Source of the DNA: the human T2T-CHM13v2.0 reference genome, Homo sapiens
Assembly: GCF_009914755.1 (NCBI RefSeq)
Contig: NC_060947.1
Reading direction: 5' to 3' (one strand)
Length of the DNA: 64,000 nt
In this document: positions 42,086 through 55,294 of the stretch, in pieces
Layout: every line of letters begins with the position of its first letter
Numbering within the stretch: the stretch's first letter is position 1
Notes under the pieces: generated by a model
Databases searched by the model: none
What the model was told of the DNA's origin: nothing
Seen by the model: the letters and a program-made list of their open reading frames with translations, nothing else
Made by a program: the position numbers and the translations under genes

Positions 42086-43539
42086 ACTACTCTGGTTGCC
42101 AAGTGTTGGGCCCCGTGTTAGGCACTTTCACGTATGTATTTCCATTAATCTTCACAACAACCATTATTGTCAGTTTGCAGATGAGACTCCTGAGGCTTAA
42201 AAAGGATAAATCATTTTCCCAGCTAGTAAAAAGCACAGTGTCCAGACCTGCCTTGTCTGTCTCTGAGAGATAATCGCAGGGAAGCAGGGACTCCTGGGGT
42301 ACAGCAAAAGGTACTTGTGCTACATTCATCCTCGGGCGTCCATGAAGGCTTTAGCGCCTCACTGAGGAAAGCAGAGGAAGCATGAAAGCAAACTATGAGA
42401 AAGGGCTTTGTTGACATCAGCAAGGAGACTACATCTCAAAAACAAAAGTAAATTGCCTGCCAAAACCAGGGTTGTTCATCTCTTTTCCGCTTCCATGGGT
42501 TGCCTTTTCTTCTGAAGAACGGATTTTCCCTTTTTGTTAAAATATTTTTTTTTGGCCTAATAGGAATTGAAAATGAAAACCAATATTTGCAGAGACTGAA
42601 AAATCTCCTCCTACCTCTTCCTCGGCCCTTTTGAAGTTTCTTGTTTGGAAACTTTATTTTTAAGCTCACCACAATAGCTTGGCATTCTAGAATCTCAGTA
42701 GCAACAGCACACAAGCCCAACCCGTCTCGCCTTTCCCTTCCCTCAGCAGCCAAGTAAGACTGCTCCAAGAGAAACAGACACTCCCAGGTTATTGCCGAAG
42801 GAAATATTTGCAAGATCCAGGAAGTGAGACGCAAGGAGGATACACAGGGAGGGGAGAAGGACCCAGAGAGCCTGTTGCTGCCACCCCTGCTTGCCCCCTG
42901 GGCCCACAGAAATTCAAGTAATGAACAATTAGCTTGGCAACAACAAATGCAAGTGGGAGTGCTTGCCCTGAACCTTCTCTAGTCCTCAGGAGGCTGATGC
43001 AAAGTGTCCTGTGAAGAAATCAGAGAAGTCCTTGCTTTACTGGGGCTGTCCTGGGTGAAGCTTAGCTCCTTCTCTCCAATGACCCCAATCTATATTTGTT
43101 GTCAAGTAATACATACATATGCAGTCACTGTGGTAGAGAGAAAATGTGCTTCTTTGTGAATAATAGCACTGAAATGCAAACTAGTGCTAGTGATAGAAAT
43201 GAAGGGAAATGGAAAAGCTTTAAGAAAGGGATGGTTCTGAGGCAGATAATAAAATGTTTATTGGTGGGGGTGTGTGTGAGGGGGTACTATGTTGTAGTGG
43301 TGGTGACAAATTTGGAGATTCGTAGAGGTCTGGTGATGTCAAAGTTCTTGTGGATTTAAGCAAGCAAAAGTGCTAGTGGATGGAGAATTCTAGCAAACCC
43401 AATTCTAGCTAGCAGTGAGAGTAAGCATGTCTGGTAAGTAACATTGTCTGTCATTGGTACGGGGATTTTTCACAAAGCCCTTGATCTTTAACTTCTCGGG
43501 TCTATATCAAACCAACGTGGGCCACCTCTTATTCAGATT

Positions 43540-45090
43540 TTCTTTTTAATTATAAATTCCAACAACTTGACATGTACCTAAAGAACACCATGTACATTCA
43601 TATCCAACTATTTACATTTTGCCAGATTCCTTTCTGAATTTTCTTTGTGTATGGCTACTATCAGATTAGATTCAACATGTGGTTTCATATTTATTATTTT
43701 TTTGTTAATATTACAACCACTCATTTCTGGGAAAGACCCAACATTTGTATACCTGTCACTGTTGATGGCTATTCTATTTTGTTCCAAGATGATGATATAT
43801 TAGATTGGTAAACTCTTTCCATGAGTATAATAAGCACTACTATGAACATCTTTACATAATTTTTTCCCTCTTAGGTTATTTCCTTGGGGGTATTTTAGGC
43901 CAAATAATATGAACACATATTTCTAGATTGTCCTCTAGGAAGACTAAACCCAGAAACACATACTCTTGTCACATTTTTCTAGATTGCCCTCTAGGAAGAC
44001 TAAACCAATTTGTATTGTTTCCAGAAGCACGTTTCCTCACAGCCTTGCCAAGGTAGCATTTTACAATTTCTATTTATTGATTTTTTTAATTGCTGATAGT
44101 TTAATAAGCAGATTATGATGCCTTGAAGTTGCTTCTATTTGTACTTCTTTAATTGCTAGAGAGGTGGTACTTTTCCATGCAATGATTTTACTCCCTTTAT
44201 TGCCTCATGTGTAAATTGCCTGTTCATTTTCCTTGCCCACTTACGAAGCTAAATCTGAAAGCTGACCTTCTACCCATTTTTATATATATATTTTTTGGAC
44301 ATGCAACTGTTGTCAGTGATGCTGATCCCAGACATTTTCCTCGTTCTGTTGCTTAGCTTTTTATTACATTTTGTTGTACAAAGGCTTCCCCCCCACCAAC
44401 TTTTATATATTTGAATCCATCGATCTTGTCTCTGATGATATCCTCCATTTAACAGACACAAATTTATCTTCCATCCACACCTGGAATAAATATGCGATTC
44501 TACTGGTCCACTTTCTATACAGTATGTGATATGAATCTAAGTTAATTATTCTCCATATTGATATCTAAAATTCCCAACATTTTTTAAAGAAATAGTAATT
44601 GCTTTCCCCAGTTCAGGGTTGTTTCCAGTGTGTCCTATATACTTAAAATAGCTTGAGTCTGTTTCTAGAAGCTCTTTTTTAATTTCACTGTTTGACTTTT
44701 TTTAACCCACTATCATATGGTTTTGATAATTGTTGCTTTATGATACGCTTTAAAATCTGATAGGGTAAGTCTACCATCATTAACTTTTAAAATAAATGTA
44801 CTCTTTGGTATTTCCGCCCACTTACTTATTCTTCCAGATAAATTTTACTATAAATTTGACAAATTCTATAAAGTATCCCATGGTGACTACAATTGGAGTA
44901 CATTATGTCTACACATTAAATTTAGGGAGAATTGTAATCATTACTATATTCAGTCTTCCTAAATTAAAGCAAAGTATACACTATGCATTTATTCATATTA
45001 TTTCTCCCATTAGAGTTTTATAATTTTCCTTGAATAAGTTTCGTGTGCCTGGCGTTAAATTAATTCCTAAGTATTTAAATTCACTTAGTT
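43540..45090 (-). mobile_element. Old L1 (L1ME-type) fragment
   Basis: 'ctatgaacatctttacat', 'aatctgatagggtaagtc', 'cttattcttccagataaatttta'. Confidence 0.65.
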
Positions 45091-45289
45091 ATACTTGTGA
45101 CAAATCCTTCCGAGCCTCTGAAGGCTGCATTCTTCTTAGGTAGTAAAGGCTTCCTGAAAAGTGTACTCTTCCTAATGAAATCAGATTCAACTCTGAATTA
45201 CCCATATTCTTTCACTCAATCAGTAAATAGGAACTCTGTACCGGGTATTTCACACTCTGGTCATGATGTGGTGTGACAAAGGGAAGGAA

Positions 45290-45570
45290 GAGAACCCTAG
45301 GCTGAGAATGGAAAATCCTAAGTAGAGCTCTAGTTTGGTCACTTACTTGCTGTATAATCCCAGTAGTAATGGGCTCTGAAGTCAGATGCCTGTTTGACCT
45401 TGGGCAAATGACTTTAATCTCTTTGTGAGTCAATTTCTTCATCTGCAAAACTGGGTCAATAAACAGTAATGCTCTCACGGGGTTATTACAAATAATAAAA
45501 TACTTCATATGAAATGCTTACAACAGTGTCTGACACAGAATAAACACTCAATAAATGTTAGCTATTATAC
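45290..45570 (+). mobile_element. MIR
   Basis: 'gaccttgggcaaatgactttaatctc...tttcttcatctgcaaaa'. Confidence 0.75.
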
Positions 45571-46308
45571 CTGTTGTGGCTGCTGTTAATGGTATAATAC
45601 CTTTTCTGAGTCTTGGCTTCCTCATCAGTAAAACGGGAAAAATAAGGTTTAACCTCAGTGTTGTTGTGAGAATTAACTGTGGTCATGCATATAAAAACAC
45701 CCTACACATTCTAAAGTTCTGTGCAAAGTGAAAAAAATGGAAAGGGTCACAGCAGGCAATCATAGGTACAGAAAACCAAGAGAGATAATCCAGAAAATAA
45801 CTTATTTTGGCTTTTAAATATATCACAGTAATGTAGCTTTTTCTCCCAGTAGATCTACTCACCATTTTTATCCCTCCTGCTAATATTACAATTTTTACAT
45901 TCTCTTCACGGAAAACCAAATAACAGTGGAGGAAGACAACTAAGAGTATAACTACCTGAAATTAGCAATTCATTGCAGGCTTCCAGGCAAAGAGAGTGGC
46001 TTAAGAATACACATTTGATTTTTCCACCTACACTCATCATTCCAGTTTTTACAGAAATAACATAGTAAATGTTAAAATTTGTGTGTGTGGTGGTGGGGGA
46101 AGGTGTGAAGGGAAACTCTATCAGGATTTCTCCTCACAGATGTCATCTATGCCCTGGACATCTCCTAGTCCTTCTCATGTTTCCTGAGACCTTTAATTGG
46201 GACCTGCCTCTTCCATCTTCAGTGTCAATACTTCCTTTTCTATTGAGCTTTCCTTTCTGTTTTAAACTTAATTCAGTTTTCTAGATTCTGACTGAAGTTT
46301 CATTTGAA

Positions 46309-46493
46309 CTGGTGGTTCTGAAACTTAGCTTGCGTCAGAATTGCCTGGAGGGCTTGTTAAAACAGAGATTGCTGGGCCACATCCTCACTTTCTGAATCAG
46401 TAGGTCTGAGTATGGCCTGAGAATGTGCATTTCTAACAAGTTCTCAGGTGATACTGAGGTTGCTGGGCCTGGGGCCACATTTTGAGAACCACT
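46309..46493. mobile_element. MER5A
   Basis: 'gtggttctgaaactt...tcagaattgcctggagggcttgttaaaacagagattgctggg...ttttgagaaccact'. Confidence 0.88.
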
Positions 46494-46593
46494 AAATTAA
46501 ACCCAATTGCTCCCTCTAACTATCATCCTATTTCTCTCTTTCCTTTTCCTAGCTAATTTACTATTTTTAAACATCTTCCTTTTTAAACATTTT

Positions 46594-46885
46594 TTTTTCT
46601 TTTGAGACAGAGTCTCGTTCTGTCGCCCAGGCTGGAGTGCAGTATCACAATCTTGGCTCACTGCAACATCCGCGTCCCAGATTCAAGCGATTCTCCTGCC
46701 TCAGCCTCCTGAGTAGCTGGGATTACAGGCGCCTGCCACCATGGCTGGCTAATTTTTATATTTTTAGTAGAGACGGGGTTTCACCATGTTGGCCAAGCTG
46801 GTCTCGAACTCCTGACCTCAAGGGATCTGCCGGCTTCGGCCTCCCAAAGTGTTGAGATTACAGGTGTGAGCCACCGCGCCGGGCC
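46594..46885 (-). mobile_element. AluSx-like
   Basis: 16-bp TSD cctttttaaacatttt (46578-46593 and 46886-46901). Confidence 0.92.
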
Positions 46886-46944
46886 CCTTTTTAAACATTT
46901 TAAAAACCACACAGTAACAATTAATCTTTGTAGTAAAATTAGCC

Positions 46945-47600
46945 AAAAGAAACTGGAACTCTCTTTTGCTGGTGGGAATGTAAAATGGTGCAGTCGCTTT
47001 AGAAAACGGGCAGTTCCTCAAAAAGTTAAACAATAAAATTACCGTTTGGCCCAGCAATTTCACTCTTAAATATGTACCAAAGATAATTAAAAACATAAAT
47101 CTACACAGAAACTTGTACATGAATGTTCATAGCAGTAATATTCACAATAGCCAAAAAGTGAAAACAACCCAACAATCCATTAGTGGAAGGACTAGTAAAC
47201 AAAATGTGATGCATCCATACAATGGAATATTATTTGGAAATAAAAAGGAACGAAGTACTGATACATGGATGAACTGCTAAACATTATGCTAAGTGAAAGG
47301 AGTCAGGCATAAAAGACCACATATTGTGCGATTAGAGTCATATGCAGTGCACAGAAAAGGAAGATCTATAAAGACAGAAAGTAGATTAGTGGTTGCTTAA
47401 GGTTGAGAGTGGGAATGGAGAGCAATGGCTAATGGGCATGAGGGGTCTTTTTAGGGTGATAGAAATGTTCTAAAACTTGATTGTGGTGATTGTACATCAC
47501 TGTAAATTTACTAAAAATCATTGAATTGTACACTTAGAACAGGTACTTGCATTTAAATTGCATTAAATTGTACACTTAAAACAGGTACACTTAAAAGCTG
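46945..47600 (+). mobile_element. L1MB 3' end
   Basis: 'ttgctggtgggaatgtaaaatggtgcag...gacagaaagtagattagtggttgc...aatcattgaattgtacactt'. Confidence 0.85.
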
Positions 47601-48009
47601 CTTGCATTTCTTCTCTGTGCTCCCCCCTTACAGACCACCATGCCATCTATTTTCTATGCCTACCGCTTTACTGAATTTGCTTTCTTGAAGGTCACTTGTA
47701 ATTCCAAACTGTTAAGGGCATTAACAGTCATCTGCTTATCTTCTACACTGGCAGATTTCTCCTTCTACTACTTCAGCTGCTTGACCCTTCAGTTTCCTTT
47801 GTTGATTCTTCTTCCTCATCCTGTGCCCTGGCTGGGTGTTTGACAAGCCTTGAAAGACTCAACTTGTATCTTCCACTAACTTCAAATACAACATATCCCA
47901 ATTCAAACTTAGCAGCATCTTCACCAAACCAGGTCCCCTTCTCAAGTGCCCCATCTATGCCAATAACATTCTCCAAGTCACTGGGGCTCAGAGTTGTTTT
48001 TTATCTTTT

Positions 48010-48182
48010 TATCTTTTTTTTTTTTTTTTTTGAGACAGGGTCTCGCTCTGTCACCCAGGATGGAATGCGGTCATGTGATCACAGCTCACTGCCGCCTCGA
48101 ACACCTGGGCTTAAGTGATCCTCCCACCTCAGCCTCCTGAGCAGTTAGGACTACAGGTGTGTACTATCTCATGCTTGGCTAA
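48010..48182 (-). mobile_element. AluJ right-arm fragment
   Basis: Poly(T), then 'gagacagggtctcgctctgtcacc...aagtgatcctcccacctcagcc'. Confidence 0.85.
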
Positions 48183-48259
48183 GATATATTTCCTTTTTTC
48201 TCCTCAAGTTCTAGTCACCAAGTTTTCTCTACCTTGCCCTCAAAAGGTGTCACATATTT

Positions 48260-48990
48260 GTGAGCAAATAATCTGAACAGATAATTCACATGAGAAGCAA
48301 TAAAGATATTAATATATTAATTAGACACACAAAATATTCAAACTAGAATTATCAAAGTAAGCAAATTAATACTATAATAGGTCCCATCAAACTGTATGGC
48401 ATTAGAAAAAGAAAATTTTCAATGGTGACATAATTTTGGAAAACTGGTATGCTCATATATTGCTAATGGCATGTAAAACATCTCGTGGGGAAAACAGTTT
48501 GGTAAGATCTATGAAGAACCATAAGAATGTTTGTATTGTTTGCACTAGTAATCCCAACTCCACATAATTGTTTTTAATGAGATAATTCAAAATGAGAAAA
48601 AAAGCTATAGTGACTCAAAATATTTCTGCTGCATTACTTTATAATAGCCAGAAATTGGAAACAACCTATTTACCCAACAATTTGGGAATGATTAAGCAAA
48701 TTAGAGCATATTAAGCTGGTGAAATATTATACAGCCACTAAAAATTATGACTTGAGGAAGCCTGCATAGCAACATGAAAAGTTGTTTACCACATAATGCT
48801 TAGAGAGGAAAAAGAAGCAGGACACACAAAATTACATCTACATGGTTATTATAATCATGCTTAGAAAACTCTCTATACCTATAGATAAAGCTGACAGGGA
48901 AATGAAAACAACCAAGGTGTTAAGGTGGTGACAATAAGGTTTTTTTTTCTTCTATTTTTAATTTCCTGTAATATTGTTTTTACAATAAAC
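48260..48990 (+). mobile_element. L1ME 3' fragment
   Basis: 'aaattggaaacaaccta...gaaatattatacagccactaaaa'. Confidence 0.65.
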
Positions 48991-49819
48991 AAACTCCCCT
49001 CCCCCAAATATCACACCTATTTATCTATTCCTTCTGCTCCATTTCTATCGCACCTCTACCTCCCCAATCCAGGGCCACATTCTGTCATGGCCAGATCACT
49101 TCTCCTAATTGGTCTCTCTTCAACCCACTTAGGCTGCAAACACTGCAAAGTTGCCTAAAGGGCCACATTTATCATATCACTTACCTGATGGTAACCTTTC
49201 ATTGCTCCCATGTTTGTGATCCTATCTAGGTTTACCTAGGCTGGTCTACCTAGGCTGGTCAAGGCCTGCCTAGGCTGGTCCAGTGCTTCACTACTCACCT
49301 TTCTTCTCTGCTGCTGCTGTTCTTCTTCCTCCTCATTACAGATAACATTTCCTGAGAGTTTACGGTGTCAGGTTTTGCTCTAAATGCTTTACATATATTA
49401 ATTCATTTAGTCCTCATAACAACAAACATTTGAGATAGGTACTCTTATCCCATTTTATAAATAAGGGGGGAAGGGAAAGAGAGAGAGGGAGTGAGGCAGG
49501 CAGGTAGGCACTTGCCAAGGCCACATGGCTAGTGAATAGAAGAATCTGGCTTTGTACCCAGGCAGAACTGACTCCAAGGCCAGAACTTAACCAGTGGGGA
49601 TTATTCCTCCAACACACCCTGCTTAGTCTCCTCTATGGGCCTTTCCTCTTACAGCTACCAACCCTCAGTTATTTTTATCCTCCAATGAACTTAAATAGTG
49701 TACAGTAATAGTTACCACGTGCTGCCCCCTTACCAGGTGCCAGGTGCTTCTTAAGCCCTGTATTTGACAGGGTTTCATCTTCTGTCAACTTGTGTGAGAA
49801 AGTAAAAGCTGGGCTTAAT

Positions 49820-50190
49820 TCCTAGCTTATCCCTTTACTAGCTGTGAGACCTTGAGTAGATTCCTTAGGCTCTCTGACTGTGACCCTTTATGTGAGTTAG
49901 CAATTCTCAAACTGGATCCCAGGACCAGCTGCATCAGCATCACCCAGATGCTGTTTGAGCCTGTTCGAATTGCAGGTTTTGAGCTCCACTCCCCACTTAC
50001 TGAATCACTCTCAGGATGCAGGGTCAGGTCCAACTATTTATCTGTGTTTCAATTGCGCAATCAAGTTTTGAGACCCACCGCCCCAGTTATAATCATACCT
50101 ACCTGACAGAGTTGTTGGGAAGATAAAGCATAAGATAATATGTGTAATTCGGCTTGCAGCACATAGGTTGTTTGGCAAGTGGTAATTTAT
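49820..50190 (+). mobile_element. MIR interrupted by a MER5A1-like element (about 49899-50082)
   Basis: 'ttctcaaactggatcccaggaccagctgcatcagcatcaccc...aagttttgagaccc' inside a MIR. Confidence 0.7.
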
Positions 50191-51014
50191 TATTATTGCC
50201 ATTTAGCTTTGTGTGGGTTAGTCTTCCCTGCTCAAGCTGTGGGCAGGCACTGTGCTTCCTGCTGTTCTTTTGCTCGTATTTCTCACCTTGCCCAGAAAAA
50301 GGCAGGACCTATATTAGGTTTTCAATAAAGTCCTCTTATTTCACTGACTAATCAGTAAAAGAACCATTTCAGAGAAACACTGTAATGTAGTATAGTGTCC
50401 CTGAAGCTAGACCGCCTGGGTCTAGTCAACTGATTAGCTGTGGGACTTCAGGCAAATGAATGTATCTCTGTGTGCCTCAATTTCTTCTCTCTGTCAAATG
50501 GAGAGACTAATATTACCAACTCCATAAGGTCATAGTGATAAATACATACTTGTAAAATGATTTGAATGGGGTCTAGAATAGAGCACTGTGTTCAAGAAAT
50601 GTTAGCTAGCATTATTTTGTGTCATTTCACCCATTAATGGTGGAGGAGGTTCCATTTCTTCATTTGGCAAGCAAATGACAAGTACCTCTTGAGCAACTTC
50701 TCTGTATCGGGCACCGTACTAGGTACAGAGAATAAAGCTATGACCAAGGTATGGTGTCCTCTCTCAAGGATCTCAGTCTAATACAGGAAACTTGCATATT
50801 CCAAAATGTCCTAGCAATCAGTTTGGTCTGTACCCAGCTATCTAGGAGTGCGGGGGGCAGGGGGACAGGCTGAATTATATCTATGGTATCAAGCCCTTAG
50901 TCTAGATACCAGGCCAGTTTCCTCAAAGGAAACTAAGCAAACCAAAGACCTTAGCAATTTCTACAGAAGCTCCAGAGGCACCAACCCACCCCAACTCCCT
51001 GAGCGCTCACTTAC

Positions 51015-51076
51015 CTCCCTGACTGGCTGGTCTTCCTGTTTCCTGTTATTGGATTCCATTTGTCCCCAGGAAATTC
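51015..51076 (-). CDS. SHROOM4: SHROOM4 small coding exon (exon 5, 62 nt): EFPGDKWNPITGNRKTSQSG(R)
   Basis: Not in the ORF track; found by hand. tttctttacag|GAATTT...GGGAG|gtaagt. Phase 0 to phase 2 exactly bridges exon 4 to exon 6. Confidence 0.92.
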
Positions 51077-52729
51077 CTGTAAAGAAAAATCCTGATAAGT
51101 TAGAAAGCTTTGAGCAGCCAGGTATCTAGATGGCCTCAAAAATGTGAAGAGGTCAGGAGCCGGTGTCTGGCCCAGCCCCCCAGCTTGTTTCTTCTACTCT
51201 GCTATGCAGGCTGAGAAATTTGTACCTGGAGGGCTGCCTTTCTGTCGGCAGGCTTGCTAAACTGCTGCAGACATGCAGAGACTAAGGGAGCACTTAGGGA
51301 CCTGGACACCATGGTCTAGGAATGCTGTTTCCCTCTTTCTCCACTCCCCTCCCAAACCACATTAAAAACCAGTTTAGTATGTTTGCTGTTTGCCCTGGCT
51401 CTTGCCTGCACAGAGAGATGGAGGTCTTTTTGTTTGTTCTGCTGGGTGAACCTGCTCATTCCTCCTGCCTCTTCCAACAGAGAAAGCATCTACTTGGAAG
51501 CCCTGACCCTTGAGGGGGGCTTTGAGGGCAGAAGCTCCGGCTGCAGCAACCCTCTCCCCAGGTGAGGCAGAGGGACAGCAGGTATGCCAGCATGCCTCCA
51601 ACTGCAGTGGCTCCTCCTTCTCTGCCCACATCTGCTGGCAGGGGCTGAGGTGGGCCCATCTCTGGGGAATATGAGTGCAGGTTGCCACAGTCCCTACATT
51701 ACAGGAGCAGACTCTCTACCCTGGGCATTTTTTCCTTAAGGGCCATGTCCAAGCAACTCTTTTTTTTTTCTAGGCCAAGCCATATGTGCCGTTTGTAAAA
51801 CTGTCCCTGCCTTCCTATTTTAGCTCCAAACTGAATGCAAATTAGCCTTTCAGATTCTCTCTTTGTATCCAATACTCCACACCTAGAGACTCAGAGTTTA
51901 GTTCAATGGGAATGCACAGTTTTTCCTAAATTTCACTGATCTTCCAAACTCCCTCTTTCTCCAATGCTACTACTATTAGTCCCATTCAAAGTTTTATTAC
52001 CTTTGCCCCAGTAGGTCTCCCTACTGGAAGTAAGACGCCTGGTGAAGCAGAATAAACATAGATCCTTGGCGCAGTCACACTGGCTAAGACACTTAATAGT
52101 GGTGTTATTTGAGGTTATTCATATTACCTCCTTGAACCTCACCTCAGTTTCCTATCTGGGTGACCAGTAGTGATAATAAATAAGATATGCAGAGAGAACT
52201 CCTAGCACATTGCTTGGCACATAAGAGGCTCTGGATGTTAGCAGCAATGGAAAAGTTGAGGTTTATTTCTTGGCTTCAGCTTTTAAAGGACCACAGCAGT
52301 CCCTGCCTATATCTGGCATGTCAGAACAGCTCTAACCACTTGTACTTTAGACTCTGCCTCGATGCCCTTGTGAGACGTTCCTGCCTGCAAAGACACCATT
52401 ACTTGTTCAACCACAGTGGGGGCCAGGATTTCCTGTCCATGCCCTGTCTAGCCCTGTGGACGTGCTCAGTAAATAGCAGTGGCCAAACCAAAGTCCTATA
52501 CCAACTCCCAACCACCTTCCCAGGTCCACAGTATCACTCTACTTTTTTTTTCCCTAAGCCACATAGGTTCCTGGTACATTGCTTGCACCCTTTGAATCAA
52601 AGAGGCAGTTATCCCCACCGCTTGCTGCAAATGGAGATTGTGATGGGAACTTGCTGTCCCAGTGGAAGTGATACTGCTAGAGGGCATCCGGCCACACTAG
52701 AGAGGGCCTGGGCTTTGCAATCAGCTTAT

Positions 52730-53130
52730 GGAGAGGCAGTGTAGCACAGTCAGGAGCTTGGCCTCTGGAGCTTGATAGCATGGATTCAAATCGCACACCT
52801 GCCTTTCACTTGCGGCCTCAGGCAAGCCATTCAACTTCTCTTTATCTCAGTTTCCCCAACTATATAATAGTATAATCACGATAATAATATTGCTTGAGAA
52901 CTCAATGACTTGATACATGTAAAGCATCTAGAATAGTACCTGGTGCCCAGTAGACACTGAGATGCTAGTTACTGTCATGTTATTCAAATTCTGGCTCTGC
53001 CACTTGCTAGATGTGTGACCTCTCTGAGCCTTGGCTTTCTCAGCTTCCTCAGCTGTAAAATGGGAGATCCTATTATAACTTATCCCATACAATTGGTAAG
53101 TGAAATAATTTGACAATGAATGAAAAACAA
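52730..53130 (+). mobile_element. Two tandem MIRs
   Basis: 'ggcagtgtagcacag...ctcagtttcccc'; 'ggctctgccacttgctagatgtgtgacct...ctgtaaaatggg'. Confidence 0.75.
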
Positions 53131-54165
53131 GCTGGTATGAAGGACGTGAGTGCATGCTGATTTCAGTCTTCACAGCACTGAACAGGAGACAATTAGTTCA
53201 CCAACCTCGTCCAGGGGCATTAGGAGCAGGATCTCAGCCCTACTTCAGATAGCTACCACCACAAGTACCTGAGTCATCAGAGTGATGGCATCTTAACCCA
53301 TGCTGCAAGTTTTTCCCATTTCTTGAGGGGGGTGGAGTAGGAGTGGAAGGTTCAGATGATGGGCAGAAATGGGCATGTGGTGTCTCCTAGGCAGCCATCC
53401 ACGTGTCGGAATGCCTAGTATCTAAGCAGACCTGCTTAGCTGGTCTAACAAGCATTAGGAACCCAAGGTATCCCTCCCTCAGAGTACAAAAAATAGAGGC
53501 ATGGTGTAGGCACAGCCTCACCCGCATGCATTACTGCTGCCAATTGCTGCAACCTGCAAATCGTACCTCCATCTCTTATAGAGCTGCTGGTCCTGGGCTG
53601 ACACCGCTGCAGCCGTCATCTCCTCACTTCCCCCGCCCCACTCACCCCCAATCTCAGCCCCCTTTGTCTACTGTCTATCTGTGAGTCCTTCTTCCAGCAA
53701 AAGTCTCTCAAGCTAAGCCAAAATGTCCCTTTAAGAGATGATAACTCACTTATAAGATGATTACAATCTGGCAGTCACTGCTCTGAGTCTTAAATGTGTT
53801 ACATCACTTAATCCCCACAACCAACTTATGAAGTAGGTGTTGTTACTACCCCCATGCTTTTAGATGGGAAAGCTTAGGCATTGTAAGTTCGGGGGAAGAA
53901 ATTCAAAACCAGGCAGTCTGGTTCCAGCTTCGGTGCCCTTAAAACCATTATTTTATATTTCCTCTCCTCTTTTTTTCAACATTATGAATATATTCAAACA
54001 TACAAAAATGTTGAAAGAAGTTCACAGTGATCACCCATATACCCAGCACCTAGATTCTACAATTAACATTTTGATATATTTGCCTTATCATATATCCATT
54101 TACTCCTCTATCCATCTACCAATCCATCTTAAAATCCTGGTGCATTTTAAAGTAAGTTGAAAACA

Positions 54166-55294
54166 ACTATATCCCCATAAATTTTAAAATGTAAATGAAA
54201 TGGACAAATTTCTTGAAAGACACAAACTACTAAAGCTTACTCAAGGAGAAATAGATGACCTAAATGTCCCCAAATCTATTAAAGAAATTGAATTTGTAGT
54301 TAAAAAGCTTTCTACCAAAAAACCTCCAGGCCCAGATGGCTTCAGTGATGAATTCAAGCAAACATTTAAGGAAGACATTTTATACAAACTCTTCCTGAAA
54401 ATAAAAGAGAAGGGAATACATCCCAACTCATTTTTTAAGGCTAGCATTACCTTGATACAAACAAACAAAAAAAACAAAAAACAGAAAAAGATGTTATAAT
54501 AAAACTATAGACTAAAATCCCTGATAAACATAAGGGCAAAATCCTTAACAAAATATTAGCAAATCTAGTAACATATAAAAGGATAATACATCATGACCAA
54601 GTGGGATTTATCCTGGCAATGCTAGGCTTCTATTTATTTTAAAAATCAATCAATGTCATTCACCACATCAGTAGACTAAAAGAGAAAAACTATATGATCA
54701 TCTCAACAGATACAGAAAAAGCATTTGAAAAAAAATACAACATCCACTTCTGATGAAAACTCTCAGTAAACTAAGAATAAAAGAGATTTTCCTCAATTAA
54801 AGGGCACCTACAAAAAAATCCTACAGCTAACATCAAACTTTATAGTCAAAGATTAAGAAAAAAGCTACAATGTCCACTCTTACCATTTCCTCCAAACATT
54901 GTATTGAAGGTGAGAGTGCAATAAGGCTCTTCTCTCTCCCAGAAAAGGGCATGTACAGGAGAAAGGAAGACACTAAATTCTATTTGGAGATGGCATGATT
55001 GTGTATGTAGAAAATGTTTTATAATCCACCAAAAAGCTATTAGAACTAATAAGTGAGTTTGGCAAGGTTGCAGGATACAATGTCAATACACAAAATTCAA
55101 TTATATTTCTATAGACTAGTAATCAAGAATTTCAACTTGACATTAAGAAAATAATACTCTTTATAATAGCATCTAAAAACATAAAATCTTAGGGACAAAT
55201 ATCCCTGGTGGTTGGGTGGCTAGGATTCGGCGCTTTCATAAAATCTCAGGGACAAATATAACAAAATATGTACAAGATTTGTATGCTGAAAACA
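54166..55294 (+). mobile_element. L1 internal ORF2 fragment (L1M-type) without 3' UTR or poly(A)
   Basis: ORF 54200-54499 (MDKFLERHKLLKLTQGEID...PGPDGFSDEF) is an L1 ORF2 remnant. Flanked by taagttgaa(a/t)aca at 54153-54165 and 55295-55307. Confidence 0.85.
55202..55238 (+). pseudogene. tRNA-Glu(TTC) 5'-half retrocopy (tailless retropseudogene)
   Basis: TCCCTGGTGGTTGGGTGGCTAGGATTCGGCGCTTTCA versus recalled tRNA-Glu-TTC 5' end TCCCTGGTGGTCTAGTGGCTAGGATTCGGCGCTTTCA (3 mismatches). Flanked by direct repeat taaaatct(t/c)agggacaaata at 55182-55201 and 55239-55258. Confidence 0.88.

Noticed and set aside
47521-47610. Short duplications of aattgtacactta(g/a)aacaggtac
   Set aside because: Local slippage at the end of an L1MB element; no functional implication.
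54200-54499. 99-aa ORF resembling a reverse-transcriptase-associated protein
   Set aside because: Decayed L1 ORF2 remnant with frameshifts on both sides.
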